DNA of 32,000 nucleotides from Halomicrobium mukohataei DSM 12286 (lineage in GTDB: Archaea > Halobacteriota > Halobacteria > Halobacteriales > Haloarculaceae). Position 1 is the first letter of the stretch. Every line of letters starts with the position of its first letter. The notes under the pieces were generated by a model. The model was not told the DNA's origin. It did no database searches and worked only from the letters and a program-made list of their open reading frames with translations. The stretch is from NCBI RefSeq assembly GCF_000023965.1, contig NC_013202.1, forward strand, positions 3,078,488-3,110,487, in the 5' to 3' direction. Below are positions 14,947-25,345 of the stretch, piece by piece. The translations under genes and the position numbers were made by a program.

Positions 14947-16533
14947 TTACGCGTCCGAGGAGATGACGTCGTCGATCCGAGCGATCATCGTCGCTGCCTC
15001 GGTGGCGCTCTCGACGGCTTCGCGCTTGACCGCGGCGGGGTCGAGGACGCCGTAGTCGATCGGGTCGTCGATGACGCCGGTCTGGCCCTCGCTGATGATG
15101 CCCGCGATGCCCTCACTCTCGTGTTCGGCGCGCAGGTCGACCAGCGCGTCGATCGGGTCCATGCCCGTGTTCTCCGCGAGCGTGCGCGGGATCACGTCGA
15201 CGGCGTCGGCGAAGGACTCGACGGCGAGTTGCTTGCGGCCCTCGATGGAGGCGGCCTCGCTCCGGATGTGGTCCGCGATGGCGATCTCGGTCGCACCGGC
15301 ACCGGGGACGACGCCGCCCTTGTCGAGTGCGGCGACGACCACGTCGAGCGCGTCGTTGAGCGCGCGTTCGAGTTCGTCCGTGACGTGGTCGGTCCCGCCG
15401 CGGGCGAAGATCGTCACCGTCTCGGAGCTGGCACCGCCCTGCACGAAGGCCAGTTCCTCGTCGCCGTACTTCTGGACGCTCACGTCCTCGGCCTCGCCGA
15501 GGTCGTCTGCCTCCAGCGTGTCGACGGAGCCCACGCGGCTCGCGCCGGTGGTGTGGGTCACGTCCTGGAGTTCGTCGCTGTCGACGCCGTCGAAGGCGAC
15601 GATGCCCTCCTTGGAGAGCTGTGCGCCGACGCGGTCGTCGACGTCACCGGAGACGAACACGACGTCTGCGCCGACCGCGGCGATGGCCTCGGCGTAGCTC
15701 GACAGCTCTTCCTCTTCGGCCTCGATGGCGGCGTTGAGCTGGTCGACGCTGGAGACGTTGTACTCTGCGTCGATGTTGCTCTCTCGGACTTCGAGGTCGG
15801 CGTCGATCACGGCGATGGTCGCGTCGGCGACCGAGCTCGGCATGTTGCCGTGGACCGGCTCCTCCTCGATGATGATCCCCTCGACGAGCTCCGTCGCAGA
15901 GGAGGACGCGCCGGCCTGGCTCCGAATCGCGATCTGGTCGCGCGTCGAACCGGAGCCGTCGGTCGCCTGCCGGACGGCGGCGACGACGGTCTCGGCGAGT
16001 GCGCCGGCCTCCACGTCGCCGGTGCCTTTCCCCGTCATGGAGGACTCGGCGACGCTGATCAGCGTCTCGTCGTCGATGTCGACGTCCAGCACTTCGGCGT
16101 CGATGGCTTCCTGGGCGAGCTGTGCCGCCTCGTGGTAGCCTTCGACGATCGTCGTCGGGTGGACGTCGTCTTCGAGCAGGTCCTCGGCCTGTGTCAGGAG
16201 CTGACCGGCCAGGACGGAAGCCGTCGTGGTACCGTCACCGACCTCCTCTTCCTGGGTCTCGGCGACTTCGACGATCATCTGGGCCGCGGGATGCTCGATG
16301 TCCATCTCGTCGAGAATCGTCGCACCGTCGTTGGTGATGACGACATCGCCCGAGTCCGAGACGAGCATCTTGTCCATGCCACGGGGGCCGAGTGTCGTCC
16401 GTACGGACTCGGTGACTGCCTTCCCGGCGGCGATGTTCGAACTCTGTGCGTCGTCTCCTTGCGTACGCTGGGCGTCCTCGTCGAGAATGAAGAGAGGCTG
16501 GCCACCCATGCGTCGCTGGCCGGACTGTGACAT
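14947..16533 (-). CDS. cct: thermosome subunit (group II chaperonin, CCT)
   Basis: [58 protein letters not shown]...ITNDGATIL...GDGTTT...VPGAGATE are canonical thermosome motifs. ATG at 16533 is preferred over the listed 16548. Confidence 0.9.
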   Translation of the reverse strand: MSQSGQRRMGGQPLFILDEDAQRTQGDDAQSSNIAAGKAVTESVRTTLGPRGMDKMLVSDSGDVVITNDGATILDEMDIEHPAAQMIVEVAETQEEEVGDGTTTASVLAGQLLTQAEDLLEDDVHPTTIVEGYHEAAQLAQEAIDAEVLDVDIDDETLISVAESSMTGKGTGDVEAGALAETVVAAVRQATDGSGSTRDQIAIRSQAGASSSATELVEGIIIEEEPVHGNMPSSVADATIAVIDADLEVRESNIDAEYNVSSVDQLNAAIEAEEEELSSYAEAIAAVGADVVFVSGDVDDRVGAQLSKEGIVAFDGVDSDELQDVTHTTGASRVGSVDTLEADDLGEAEDVSVQKYGDEELAFVQGGASSETVTIFARGGTDHVTDELERALNDALDVVVAALDKGGVVPGAGATEIAIADHIRSEAASIEGRKQLAVESFADAVDVIPRTLAENTGMDPIDALVDLRAEHESEGIAGIISEGQTGVIDDPIDYGVLDPAAVKREAVESATEAATMIARIDDVISSDA

Positions 16534-16568
16534 TGTTGTATACCTCACTTATGTGTCGTTAGCGGTTC

Positions 16569-16577
16569 TATATAAAA
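16569..16577 (-). promoter_or_regulatory. TATA box candidate for the thermosome gene
   Basis: The minus strand reads TTTTATATA about 36-44 nt upstream of ATG 16533, in an otherwise GC-rich spacer. Confidence 0.4.
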
Positions 16578-16671
16578 CCATCGGTAGGGAGAGAGCCTTC
16601 GAGGACACTCGCCGCCGTCCGATCGGCCGGACCGTCAACGCTTTACTACCCGAACCCGCCACGTTAGTGCA

Positions 16672-17481
16672 ATGCTGGAGCTGGAGCACGGGTTTCGGGT
16701 CGTCGACGTACACGCGCGACTGGAGCCCGAGGCGTCGCGCCGTCCGCGGGAGGGGATGGGCGACCCCGAACGGCTGGAACGCGAGATGCACCAGGCCGGT
16801 GTCGTCCGTGCCGTCACGTACTCCGACTACCGCGAGCGCGGATATCTGAAGGCGAACAACGCCGTGGCCCGGATGACCGTCGGCCGTCCGATGGTCGCGT
16901 TCGCACGCGTCGACGGAGCCCGCGATCCGGGCGCGGGAGCCGGCTCCCGGCTCAGGAACATCACGGCCTCGCGCGAGGAGTACCACACCTCGCCCGAAGA
17001 CATCGAGCAGTACGCCTACGACGACCGATTCGTCGGGTTCAAGCTCCACCCCGCCAGAGACGGCCTCCCCGACGAGGCCGTCCTCGAAGCACTCGCCGCC
17101 GTCGACAAGCCGATCCTGGTTCACGGCGGCGAGGAGTTCCCGCCGAGCGCCGTCGAAGAGCACTTCCTGCAGTACGATCTGCCGGTGATCGTCGGCCACT
17201 TCGGCGCACACCCGCTGCGGCGCGATCTGATGCACGAGTCGATCGACCTCCTCGAAGCGTACGACCAGTGCTACCTCGAAACGAGCGCGGTCCGGTACCG
17301 GGACCCCCTGGAGCGAGCGATCATGGAACACCCGGATCGAGTCTGCTTCGGCAGCGGTGCGCCCAACGTCCACCCGAACGTCGCCGTCATGGAGATTCTG
17401 ACCCTCGACGTGCCCGAAGACGCGATGAAGAAAGTCTTCTCGAACAACCCCGTTCGCGTCATCGAAGAACTCGCGCCGTAG
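16672..17481 (+). CDS. amidohydrolase-family metal-dependent hydrolase (TIM-barrel fold)
   Basis: 269 aa. VVDVHARL..., FKLHP...LVHGGEE..., VIVGHFG... and ETSAV...FGSGAP follow the pattern of amidohydrolase_2-type proteins. The specific substrate is unknown. Confidence 0.6.
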   Translation: MLELEHGFRVVDVHARLEPEASRRPREGMGDPERLEREMHQAGVVRAVTYSDYRERGYLKANNAVARMTVGRPMVAFARVDGARDPGAGAGSRLRNITASREEYHTSPEDIEQYAYDDRFVGFKLHPARDGLPDEAVLEALAAVDKPILVHGGEEFPPSAVEEHFLQYDLPVIVGHFGAHPLRRDLMHESIDLLEAYDQCYLETSAVRYRDPLERAIMEHPDRVCFGSGAPNVHPNVAVMEILTLDVPEDAMKKVFSNNPVRVIEELAP

Positions 17482-17507
17482 CGCCGGAAGCCGCCGGCCG
17501 ATGTCGG

Positions 17508-18428
17508 TTAGGCCGTCGGGCCGTCGTCGCGGTCGTCGTACACCTCGACGGCGCGGTCTCTGCGTGCGGATCGACCGTTCGGATTGCGCCGCGGCGGGGC
17601 GTCGTGACGACGGGCCGTGACGCCGTCTTTCCCTCCGAGAGCGGTCCCACGAAGGACGCGCCGGCCGGTCCCGAGCCACTGTGAGGGATCGGCCTCCCCT
17701 CTGATCACGTCCAGCAGCGAGTCGACGGCGTCGCGACCGGCGTGGGCGACGACACGCCGCGCGACGGTCGGGCGGACGCCGTAGTTTTTCACCAACCGAT
17801 AGGTCAGCGACCGGTACTTGGCGTGCCAGTCTTTCTGTCGGATCCCGCCGTCGGCCTCGAACTCGCTGCGGACGCACATCGCGCTCTCCCAGGTCACCTC
17901 GTGGTCGCTCTCTGCCAGTCGGTGGGCCAGATCGCGACTTCCGCCGATGTCGAGGTACTCGTCGAAGCCGTCCAGTTCGTCCAGCACGTGGCTGGCGAAC
18001 GCGACGTTGCCGGGGTTGAAGTAGGTCACGTCACGCCCCGCGATCGTCCGCTCTTCGGGGGCCTCCGTCGTCATCCCGGCCGGGAGCTTGCGGTGTGTGG
18101 GTCCGGTGACGACGGCGGCGTCGGCCAGCGCGTCGGTCACCGCGTCGAGCCACCCGTCCTCGACCGAGAACGAACGGTCGAGCAGCGCAACGGCGTCTCC
18201 GGTCGCACGGTCGATACCCGCGTTACGCGCCGTGTTGATCGTCCGGTCGGCGATCTCGACGAGCACCTCGACGTCGTCGCGCGCTCGGACCATCCCCGTG
18301 GTTCCGTCGGCCGACGGCCCGTTGACCACGATGGTCTCGGCGTCGGGGACGTGAGCCGTCAGGGTGTCGAGACACCGTGACAGCTCTTCCCGACCGTTGA
18401 GTGTCGGGACGACCACGGAGAGATTCAT
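17508..18428 (-). CDS. glycosyltransferase family 2
   Basis: ATG at 18428 gives MNLSVVVPTLNGREELSRCLDTL...IVVNGPSADGT...ARNAGIDRATGDAVALLD, the GT-A fold signature with a DxD-like region. The listed 607-aa ORF is extended by shadow sequence. Confidence 0.8.
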   Translation of the reverse strand: MNLSVVVPTLNGREELSRCLDTLTAHVPDAETIVVNGPSADGTTGMVRARDDVEVLVEIADRTINTARNAGIDRATGDAVALLDRSFSVEDGWLDAVTDALADAAVVTGPTHRKLPAGMTTEAPEERTIAGRDVTYFNPGNVAFASHVLDELDGFDEYLDIGGSRDLAHRLAESDHEVTWESAMCVRSEFEADGGIRQKDWHAKYRSLTYRLVKNYGVRPTVARRVVAHAGRDAVDSLLDVIRGEADPSQWLGTGRRVLRGTALGGKDGVTARRHDAPPRRNPNGRSARRDRAVEVYDDRDDGPTA

Positions 18429-18511
18429 GGGCCAACCACGACGCTCGAAGGTCTTAAAGATCACCGAAATACGGCCGGTATTTCGGAATATCCGTCCGAA
18501 AAGGGACGGAA

Positions 18512-19216
18512 TTAAACTCGCGTGTCCCAGTAGGAGACCGACGCGACCTTGTCGCCGACGGGACTCGCGCCGACGACCTCGTCGATCGAGCGGAAGCCGG
18601 ACGCGAGGTCGTTCGGGATCTTCCGGTAGAAGCCGTAGGGGAGGACGAAGTCGTGTGCTTCGCCGGCCAGTTCGAGGCCCGCACCGTCGAGGAGGCGGTC
18701 GACTTCCCACCGAGAGTAGAGGCGCGATCCCATCGGGAGCGCCCAGTTGTACAGCGATCGCAGCGAGAAGCGATTGAACGTGTCGAAAAAGACCTGGTGC
18801 TTGGAGACCCGACGCATCTCCGCGAGGAAGGAGGCCGGCGTGTCCGCCAGGTGGAAAAAGCGCATTGCGACGACGGTGTCGAAGTGGTCGTCGGGGAAGG
18901 GCAGTCGAGCGGCGTCGCCACGCATGAACTCCAGGTGGTCGTCGACGCCGGCCGATTTCGCCTTCTCGCGGCCCTGTGAGAGCATCGGACCGGAGATGTC
19001 CAGGCCGACGATGTCGGCACCGCGATCGGCCAGCATCGCGGTGAAGCGCCCGGTTCCACAGGCTACTTCGAGCACGGACTTGTCGTCGACCGGACCGATG
19101 GCGTCGAGGACCGCTTCCTTCTCGCGACGGTCGATGAGTTGTCCGCCACGAGAGAACCGCTTCGAGTCGTACTCCTCGGCGACATCGTCGGTCTGGTACC
19201 ACTCCTGCCCTTTCAC
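18512..19216 (-). CDS. class I SAM-dependent methyltransferase
   Basis: VLEVACGTGRFT is motif I (GxGxG). It is followed by GLDISGPML and DTVVAMRFFHL, the typical Methyltransf_11/25 pattern. Confidence 0.85.
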   Translation of the reverse strand: MKGQEWYQTDDVAEEYDSKRFSRGGQLIDRREKEAVLDAIGPVDDKSVLEVACGTGRFTAMLADRGADIVGLDISGPMLSQGREKAKSAGVDDHLEFMRGDAARLPFPDDHFDTVVAMRFFHLADTPASFLAEMRRVSKHQVFFDTFNRFSLRSLYNWALPMGSRLYSRWEVDRLLDGAGLELAGEAHDFVLPYGFYRKIPNDLASGFRSIDEVVGASPVGDKVASVSYWDTRV

Positions 19217-19433
19217 GGTATCGGGTGATGGCTACCCGGGGATAAAACGGTGCTGTTTCACTGTAGTACACCGTCGGACGGACGGATCGACCACAGACAG
19301 CGGGCAGTTCTGGCGGCGGCCAGCGTTGCACGCGTCAGAAAATATAAGGAGTCATTATACACACTGTAGACTTCCTATTGTATGGTCATACATATAGCCA
19401 AGTTTTACGAGTACCCTCGGGGGAGTAGCGTGT

Positions 19434-19703
19434 ATGAGCACGATTCAGGAGGAGACGAAGCCCGCGGCGTTCACCCAGACGGAGTTTCGCGAGCAGCTCC
19501 GCGAACTCCCGCCGAGCGCGAAGCTCGTCGCGAAGGTCCTGGAGACCGACGCGCCGCTGTCCCAGGGGCAACTGGCCGAGGCGTCGCTGTTGCCCGACCG
19601 GACGGTCCGCTACGCGTTGAACCGACTCGAAGAGTGTGAGCTGGTCGACTCCCGGTACAGCTTCAACGACGCTCGCAAGCAGGTCTACTTCCTCACCAAC
19701 TGA
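19434..19703 (+). CDS. small winged-helix (MarR/ArsR-like) DNA-binding protein
   Basis: 89 aa. SAKLVAKVLETDAPLSQGQLAEASLLPDRTVRYALNRLEECELV fits an HTH plus wing. An AT-rich promoter patch lies upstream (19330-19430). Confidence 0.7.
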   Translation: MSTIQEETKPAAFTQTEFREQLRELPPSAKLVAKVLETDAPLSQGQLAEASLLPDRTVRYALNRLEECELVDSRYSFNDARKQVYFLTN

Positions 19704-19706
19704 TTT

Positions 19707-19790
19707 CGTACGGTTTCTTGTAGTTGCTTACCGGTGATCGTCGCCACGGAGTAGACGATCACCGGTAAATCGCTACAATAATCCGTATCC
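19707..19790 (+). ncRNA. conserved ~84-nt hairpin element, copy 1 (candidate 3'-UTR element or small RNA)
   Basis: Blocks are CGTACGG (19707-13), N4, TTGTAGTTGC, a perfect 15-bp stem 19728-19742 / 19754-19768 with an 11-nt loop, N13, and TCCGTATC (19782-19789). It starts 4 nt after the stop of 19434..19703. Confidence 0.55.
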
Positions 19791-19812
19791 GTCGCTCCTC
19801 CCTGGGGTGGGT

Positions 19813-20589
19813 ATGGAGCGGATCAGCGTCCCCGTCGCGACGCGCGCGCCGAGCGGACAGACGAACGCGTACGTCCTCGGCCGCGACCGCGCGGCCGTGA
19901 TCGACCCGTGTGCTCGCCACGAACGCGTAGACGACGCGCTGGCGTCGCGCTCGCTTGCTCACGTTCTCGTCACGCACCACCACCCGGACCACGTCGGCGG
20001 CGTCGCCGACTACGCGGCCGAACACGACGCCACGGTGTGGGCGCGTCGGGGCCGTGAGGCGGCCTTCGAGGCCGCGACCGGCGTCACACCGAACCGAACG
20101 TTCTCTGAGGGGACGGAAATTCCCGTCGACGACGGCCAGCTGCGAGTCGTCGAGACGCCGGGCCACGCGCCCGAACACGTCGCCTTCGCGACCGACGACG
20201 GGCTCGTCTGTGGCGACCTGGCCGCGGCCACCGGCAGCGTCGCAGTCGGGGCACCGGAGGGAGAGATGCGAGCATACTGTTGCTCGCTGCGGCGCGTGAT
20301 CGCGCGTGCTCCCGGCCGACTCTTCCCCGGTCACGGCCCCGTCGTCGACGACGCGGGCGAGACCTGCCGTCGCCTCCTCGCACACCGGCTCGATCGCGAA
20401 CGCCGGGTCGAAGCGGCCGTCGTCGAGGGCCACGAGACGCTGCCGGCGATCACCGACGCGGCCTACGACAAGGGCGTCGAGAACGTGCGAGATCTCGCCG
20501 AGGCGACCGTCGCCGCCCACCTCGAAAAGCTCGCCGTCGAGGGGCGAGTCGCGTGGGACGGCGAGCGCGCACGGCCAGCGTCGGCGTGA
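19813..20589 (+). CDS. MBL-fold metallo-hydrolase
   Basis: VLVTHHHPDHVGG (HxHxDH motif), TPGHAPEH and a later FPGHG. ATG at 19813. Confidence 0.85.
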   Translation: MERISVPVATRAPSGQTNAYVLGRDRAAVIDPCARHERVDDALASRSLAHVLVTHHHPDHVGGVADYAAEHDATVWARRGREAAFEAATGVTPNRTFSEGTEIPVDDGQLRVVETPGHAPEHVAFATDDGLVCGDLAAATGSVAVGAPEGEMRAYCCSLRRVIARAPGRLFPGHGPVVDDAGETCRRLLAHRLDRERRVEAAVVEGHETLPAITDAAYDKGVENVRDLAEATVAAHLEKLAVEGRVAWDGERARPASA

Positions 20590-20625
20590 CGCGGTCCTTT
20601 TGTCCGACCGGCCCGAACGGCGCGT

Positions 20626-21318
20626 GTGACGCTTGCATCGGACCTCGAACGGGCGCGAGAACTCGACGTGGGCGAGCTGGCCGACGCGATCGAGGCGATC
20701 GGCTTCGAGTGTACCCGCTGCGGAGAGTGCTGTACGGCGACGGAGCCCGCGGTCGACCCCGCCGACGAGGAAGACACGGCCGAGAGCGCGGAGAACGAAC
20801 CCCACACGGCGACGATCTTTCCCGACGAGATCCGCCAGCTACGAGACGACGGCAGGGACTTTCGCGACATCGCTCGTCCGATGCCCTACGGGCTCTCGGA
20901 GACCGCAGACGGCGTCGAGGGCGAGACCTTCGAGTGGGCGCTCCAGACCGACGGCTGTGGCGACTGCACGTTCTACGCCGAAGAAGACGGCGTCGGATCC
21001 TGTACGGTCCACGAGGACCGGCCGCTGATCTGCCAGACGTACCCGTTCTCGGTGGCGCTCGACAACACCGTCCAGCCGATGGGCGAGGCCGTCGACGAGG
21101 CGGGACTCGTCCGCGCCCACGAGTGTGAGGGGCTCGGCCGCGACATCGAACGCGAAGACGCCGAGAAACTGGCCGCGACGCTCAAAGAGCGGGCGATCCG
21201 CGAACTGGAAGAAGCGATCGCAGTGAGAGACAGCTACGAGCCGGTCGAGCGCGCGGACGGCGAGGTGGTCGTCTACGACTCAGAAGGAGCGAAACGGCCC
21301 GACGGCACGCCTCGCTAG
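20626..21318 (+). CDS. YkgJ-family cysteine-cluster protein (UPF0153, putative Fe-S/Zn protein)
   Basis: CTRCGECC near the N-terminus, then CGDCTFY...GSCTVHEDRPLICQTYPF, the typical CxxCxxCC plus second Cys cluster. GTG start at 20626. Confidence 0.7.
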   Translation: MTLASDLERARELDVGELADAIEAIGFECTRCGECCTATEPAVDPADEEDTAESAENEPHTATIFPDEIRQLRDDGRDFRDIARPMPYGLSETADGVEGETFEWALQTDGCGDCTFYAEEDGVGSCTVHEDRPLICQTYPFSVALDNTVQPMGEAVDEAGLVRAHECEGLGRDIEREDAEKLAATLKERAIRELEEAIAVRDSYEPVERADGEVVVYDSEGAKRPDGTPR

Positions 21319-21725
21319 ACGGTCTCGTCGATGATCTCGCCGACGGCGAAGTTCGACTTGACTTCGCTGACTTCGACCTTGACGCGCTCGCCGATCTCAG
21401 CGCCGGGGACGATGATCACGTAGCCCCGTTCGACGCGGGCGATGCCGTCGCCTTGCTTGCCGATGTCTTCGATCTCCACGTAGCGGATCTCGCCCGGTTC
21501 GACCGGGGGCTGGGGCTCCGAAGACGGCGTCTGTGACGGCTGTGGCGACGGCTCCTCGCTCTCCTCGCTCGCTTCGTCGGCCCGGATCAGCGCGACGCGA
21601 TACGTCTCGCCGGGATCGACGGATCCGGTGTCGACCTCCCGCTGTGGGACCTCCACGGTGTAGCGGTCGCCCTCGTCAGTGATCTCCGCACTAAACAGAC
21701 ACAGTAGTTTCTCCGAGATTTCCAA
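21315..21725 (-). CDS. TRAM domain protein
   Basis: The C-terminal GEIRYVEIEDIGKQGDGIARVERGYVIIVPGAEIGERVKVEVSEVKSNFAVGEIID is a TRAM fold signature. I prefer the TTG start at 21725 ((M)EISEKLLCLFSAEI...) with GGAGGT 9 nt upstream and an AT-rich TATA patch. The listed ATG at 21809 would add an AT-rich, Cys/Tyr/Lys-rich extension. Confidence 0.7.
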   Translation of the reverse strand: MEISEKLLCLFSAEITDEGDRYTVEVPQREVDTGSVDPGETYRVALIRADEASEESEEPSPQPSQTPSSEPQPPVEPGEIRYVEIEDIGKQGDGIARVERGYVIIVPGAEIGERVKVEVSEVKSNFAVGEIIDETV

Positions 21726-21874
21726 GGCTGTAGACCTCCGCTTTTCGTATGTACATCCATTAATAAAGTATTTGCCGTCGGTCTCGGGAGAGACGCCCCT
21801 CGCTCGCACCGAACGTCGGGGCGTCGGGAGGAACTATTACATACGATGGCTCGGTAACTACAGCTGTAATACCT

Positions 21875-22282
21875 ATGTCTCGCATCACGAAGGGGGTCTC
21901 GCTGCTCGGGACGCTCGTCGCGGTCGCGACCGTGTTTACGCCCGCGGTGTACGCGGTCAGTCACACACAGGCGCTGGCGAACGTCTTGCTGGGCCAGTTC
22001 GCCGCGATGACGATCGGCTACACGGCGTACCGCATCGCGTCCGGAAAGCGGCCGACGCTCCGACCGGCACTGGTCGGCCTGCTCTGCGGGCTCGGAATCG
22101 CGATCTCGCCCGTGGTGCTCGTCCCGGTCACCGGTTTCACGACGGTGACGATGTTCGGCGGCGGCTTCGTCGCCGCGATCGGTCTCTACGGCGTCGTCGC
22201 GAGTCAGCTCGGCGAAGACGAGGAGCGGATTCCGGACCTGTCGGCAGAACGCAGTCCCGACGAGAGCCCGAAAGCAGCCTGA
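21875..22282 (+). CDS. hypothetical integral membrane protein (4 TM) with acidic tail
   Basis: 135 aa with an ATG start and hydrophobic helices, then GEDEERIPDLSAERSPDESPKAA. Confidence 0.6.
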   Translation: MSRITKGVSLLGTLVAVATVFTPAVYAVSHTQALANVLLGQFAAMTIGYTAYRIASGKRPTLRPALVGLLCGLGIAISPVVLVPVTGFTTVTMFGGGFVAAIGLYGVVASQLGEDEERIPDLSAERSPDESPKAA

Positions 22283-22345
22283 TACTGTCGCCGGCCGTCC
22301 CCGCCCCCGGAACGACTTCTCTGGACACAGTGACTACCGGCGGTG

Positions 22346-23260
22346 TCAGGCGTCCCGAAGCGCGTCGAGATCGACGCCGTACCGTGCGAACCGACGGCTC
22401 AACGGCGGGTGTGTCGCGGTGACCCGTGCGACCAGCCCGCGCCCCTCGCCGGTCGCGGGAGCGGCGAGCGGTCCGTCCGCTCCCGAAGCCTCGTTGCGGG
22501 CAGTCGTGACGCCCAACAGCCCCCGGCAGAACGCGTTCGCGCCGGCAATCGCGACCGCCCGGTCGTCGGCCTGTCGCTCTTCGAGACGCCGTCCCAGCGC
22601 GACCAGTGCGAGCGGAACCAGTACCACGCCGAGACTCCCAGCGAGGTAGTACAGCTGTGGGAGTGCGGTACGCCGTAAGACACCAGTCCCGACGTAGACG
22701 GCGAGTCCGACGAGCGACAGCGCGGGACCGAGGTGCTGCCCGACCACGACCCAGAACACCGCGGCTCCGACGACGTGTGCGACCGGGTCTCGGCTGTCGA
22801 GCCAGTCGATGTGGCCGCCGTCGAGGTGCGCGAGTTCGTGCCCCACCACACCCCGGAGCGCCTCACAGTCGAGGTCGTCGACGATCCGTTCCGAGAGGAG
22901 CAAGACCGGCCCGTCCCCGCCCTGGAGGACGGTGACGCCGGGCTCGGGCGACGACTCGACGACGACGCGAGGCGTCGAAACGTCGACTCGATCGGCCACG
23001 TCGGTCACCAGCTCGCGGAGGCGTCGGTCGGCGGGTCGTCCCGTCTGCGCTGCGGTGTCGAGGATCCTGCGACGGGTGAGCCTGCCGACGGCGCGTTCCA
23101 GCCCGACGCTGCCAGCGACCAGCGCCGCGACGGCGACCGGCTGGAGACCGGTGAGCCAGCAGGCCGTCACGGCGGCGAGGAGACACGCGACCAGCGCGCC
23201 GTCGACGAGACGGCCGGCGGTCTCGGTCCCGAGGGCGTCGGGCAGGATCCTCTCGACCAT
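22346..23260 (-). CDS. M48-family (HtpX-like) zinc metalloprotease, membrane-bound
   Basis: ATG at 23260 (MVERILPD...). It has TM helices, HELAH (HExxH) and a downstream E...D. The listed 389-aa ORF is extended by shadow sequence. Confidence 0.8.
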   Translation of the reverse strand: MVERILPDALGTETAGRLVDGALVACLLAAVTACWLTGLQPVAVAALVAGSVGLERAVGRLTRRRILDTAAQTGRPADRRLRELVTDVADRVDVSTPRVVVESSPEPGVTVLQGGDGPVLLLSERIVDDLDCEALRGVVGHELAHLDGGHIDWLDSRDPVAHVVGAAVFWVVVGQHLGPALSLVGLAVYVGTGVLRRTALPQLYYLAGSLGVVLVPLALVALGRRLEERQADDRAVAIAGANAFCRGLLGVTTARNEASGADGPLAAPATGEGRGLVARVTATHPPLSRRFARYGVDLDALRDA

Positions 23261-23309
23261 CGAACGCCGGAGCGTAGGGCTCCCGCGAGCAAATACGTGC
23301 GGGTCGAGA

Positions 23310-24544
23310 TCACTCGTATCGGAGGGCGTCGATCGGATCGACGCGGGCGGCCCGCCACGCGGGGTAGAGCCCCGCGACGACGCCGACCAGCACGCCGACC
23401 AGCACGGCCAGCGCCGACCAGACGGGTGCGAACGCGAAGCCCACCTCGGCGTAGCGGGTCGCGCCCCAGGCGACCGCGAGCCCCAGTGGGAGTCCGAGCA
23501 ACGCGCCCCCGGCACCCAGCAGCGTCGCCTCCAGCAAGAACAGCTCCATCACGTCGCGGTTGCGCGCGCCGACGGCCTTCATGATCCCGATCTCGCGGGT
23601 GCGCTCGGTGACGCTGACCAGCATGATGTTGGCGATGCCGATCGCGCCCACCACCAGCGCGATGACCGCGATCCCCGTGACGAAGCGCGTGATCTGGTCG
23701 ATCACGTCGCTGATCTGCTCGGCGAAGTCACCGCTGGTCCGGGCGACCAGTTCGACGCCGTCGGGCGCGAGCTGGCGGGCGTCGGACCGCTCCTGTAAGT
23801 ACGTCTCGACCGCGTCGGTGACGGCCAGCGTCGAGGCCGGATCGGAGATCACGGTCGCCTGCGGGTACGCGCGCAGCCGGGCGTTCGCGTTCGGACTCTC
23901 GACGACGCTCTCGTAGAAGGGATCGGCGGGGACGTAGAGCCCCGGCTGCGGGCCGAAGTCGCCCACCGGCAACTCACCGGCGGTCCCGTTGACGATGCCG
24001 ACGACCGTCAGCGTCCACGTCTCGTCGGCGCGGTCGACCGTGATCTCGTCGCCGACGGTGACGTTCTCCTCGAAAGTGGCCTCGGCCGCGGCGCGGTTGA
24101 GCACCGTCTCGTTCGCACCGCGCTCGAAGCTCCGCCCGGCGACCAGCGTCTCGTCGGTGACGGCCTCGGGCGTCGTGGCCGTCGCCTGCTGGAGCGCCAC
24201 CGTGTCCCCGCGGTGAGTCACCGCGTTGATCGGGATCGTCCCGCGGGGAACGACCGCCTCGACGCCGTCGATCTCCGCGAGGCGGTCGAGGTCGTACTCG
24301 GTGAACACGGGCTGGAGCGCCTGCTGGAACCCCTCCTCGTCGGCTGGCTGGCCGAGCACGTAGACGTTGTTCGCGCCCGAGTCGGCGATTCCCCCGACGA
24401 TCTCGGCCTGGACGCTCGCGCCGAAGGTCGCGAAGGTGACGACCGAGGCGATACCGATGACGACGCCGATCACCGTCAGCGTCGAGCGCAGCTTGTGCGA
24501 GCGGATCGAGCGGGCCGCGATCGTGAACGACTCGCGCGGGTCCA

Positions 24545-24545
<1 letters not shown>
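23310..24545 (-). CDS. ABC transporter permease, MacB/FtsX family
   Basis: It has an N-terminal TM helix (RSHKLRSTLTVIGVVIGIASVV), a large extracytoplasmic domain, and a C-terminal FtsX-type 3-TM bundle with TERTREIGIMKAVGA. Confidence 0.85.
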
Positions 24546-25246
<701 letters not shown>

Positions 25247-25345
25247 TCGCTCTCGCTAGGGCCGGGACACCTATCAGCGTTGTCCGAACCCCTCGAATAT
25301 CGGACAGCAAGAACACACTTTACAGTCGAGCCCTAACCCCGAGCA

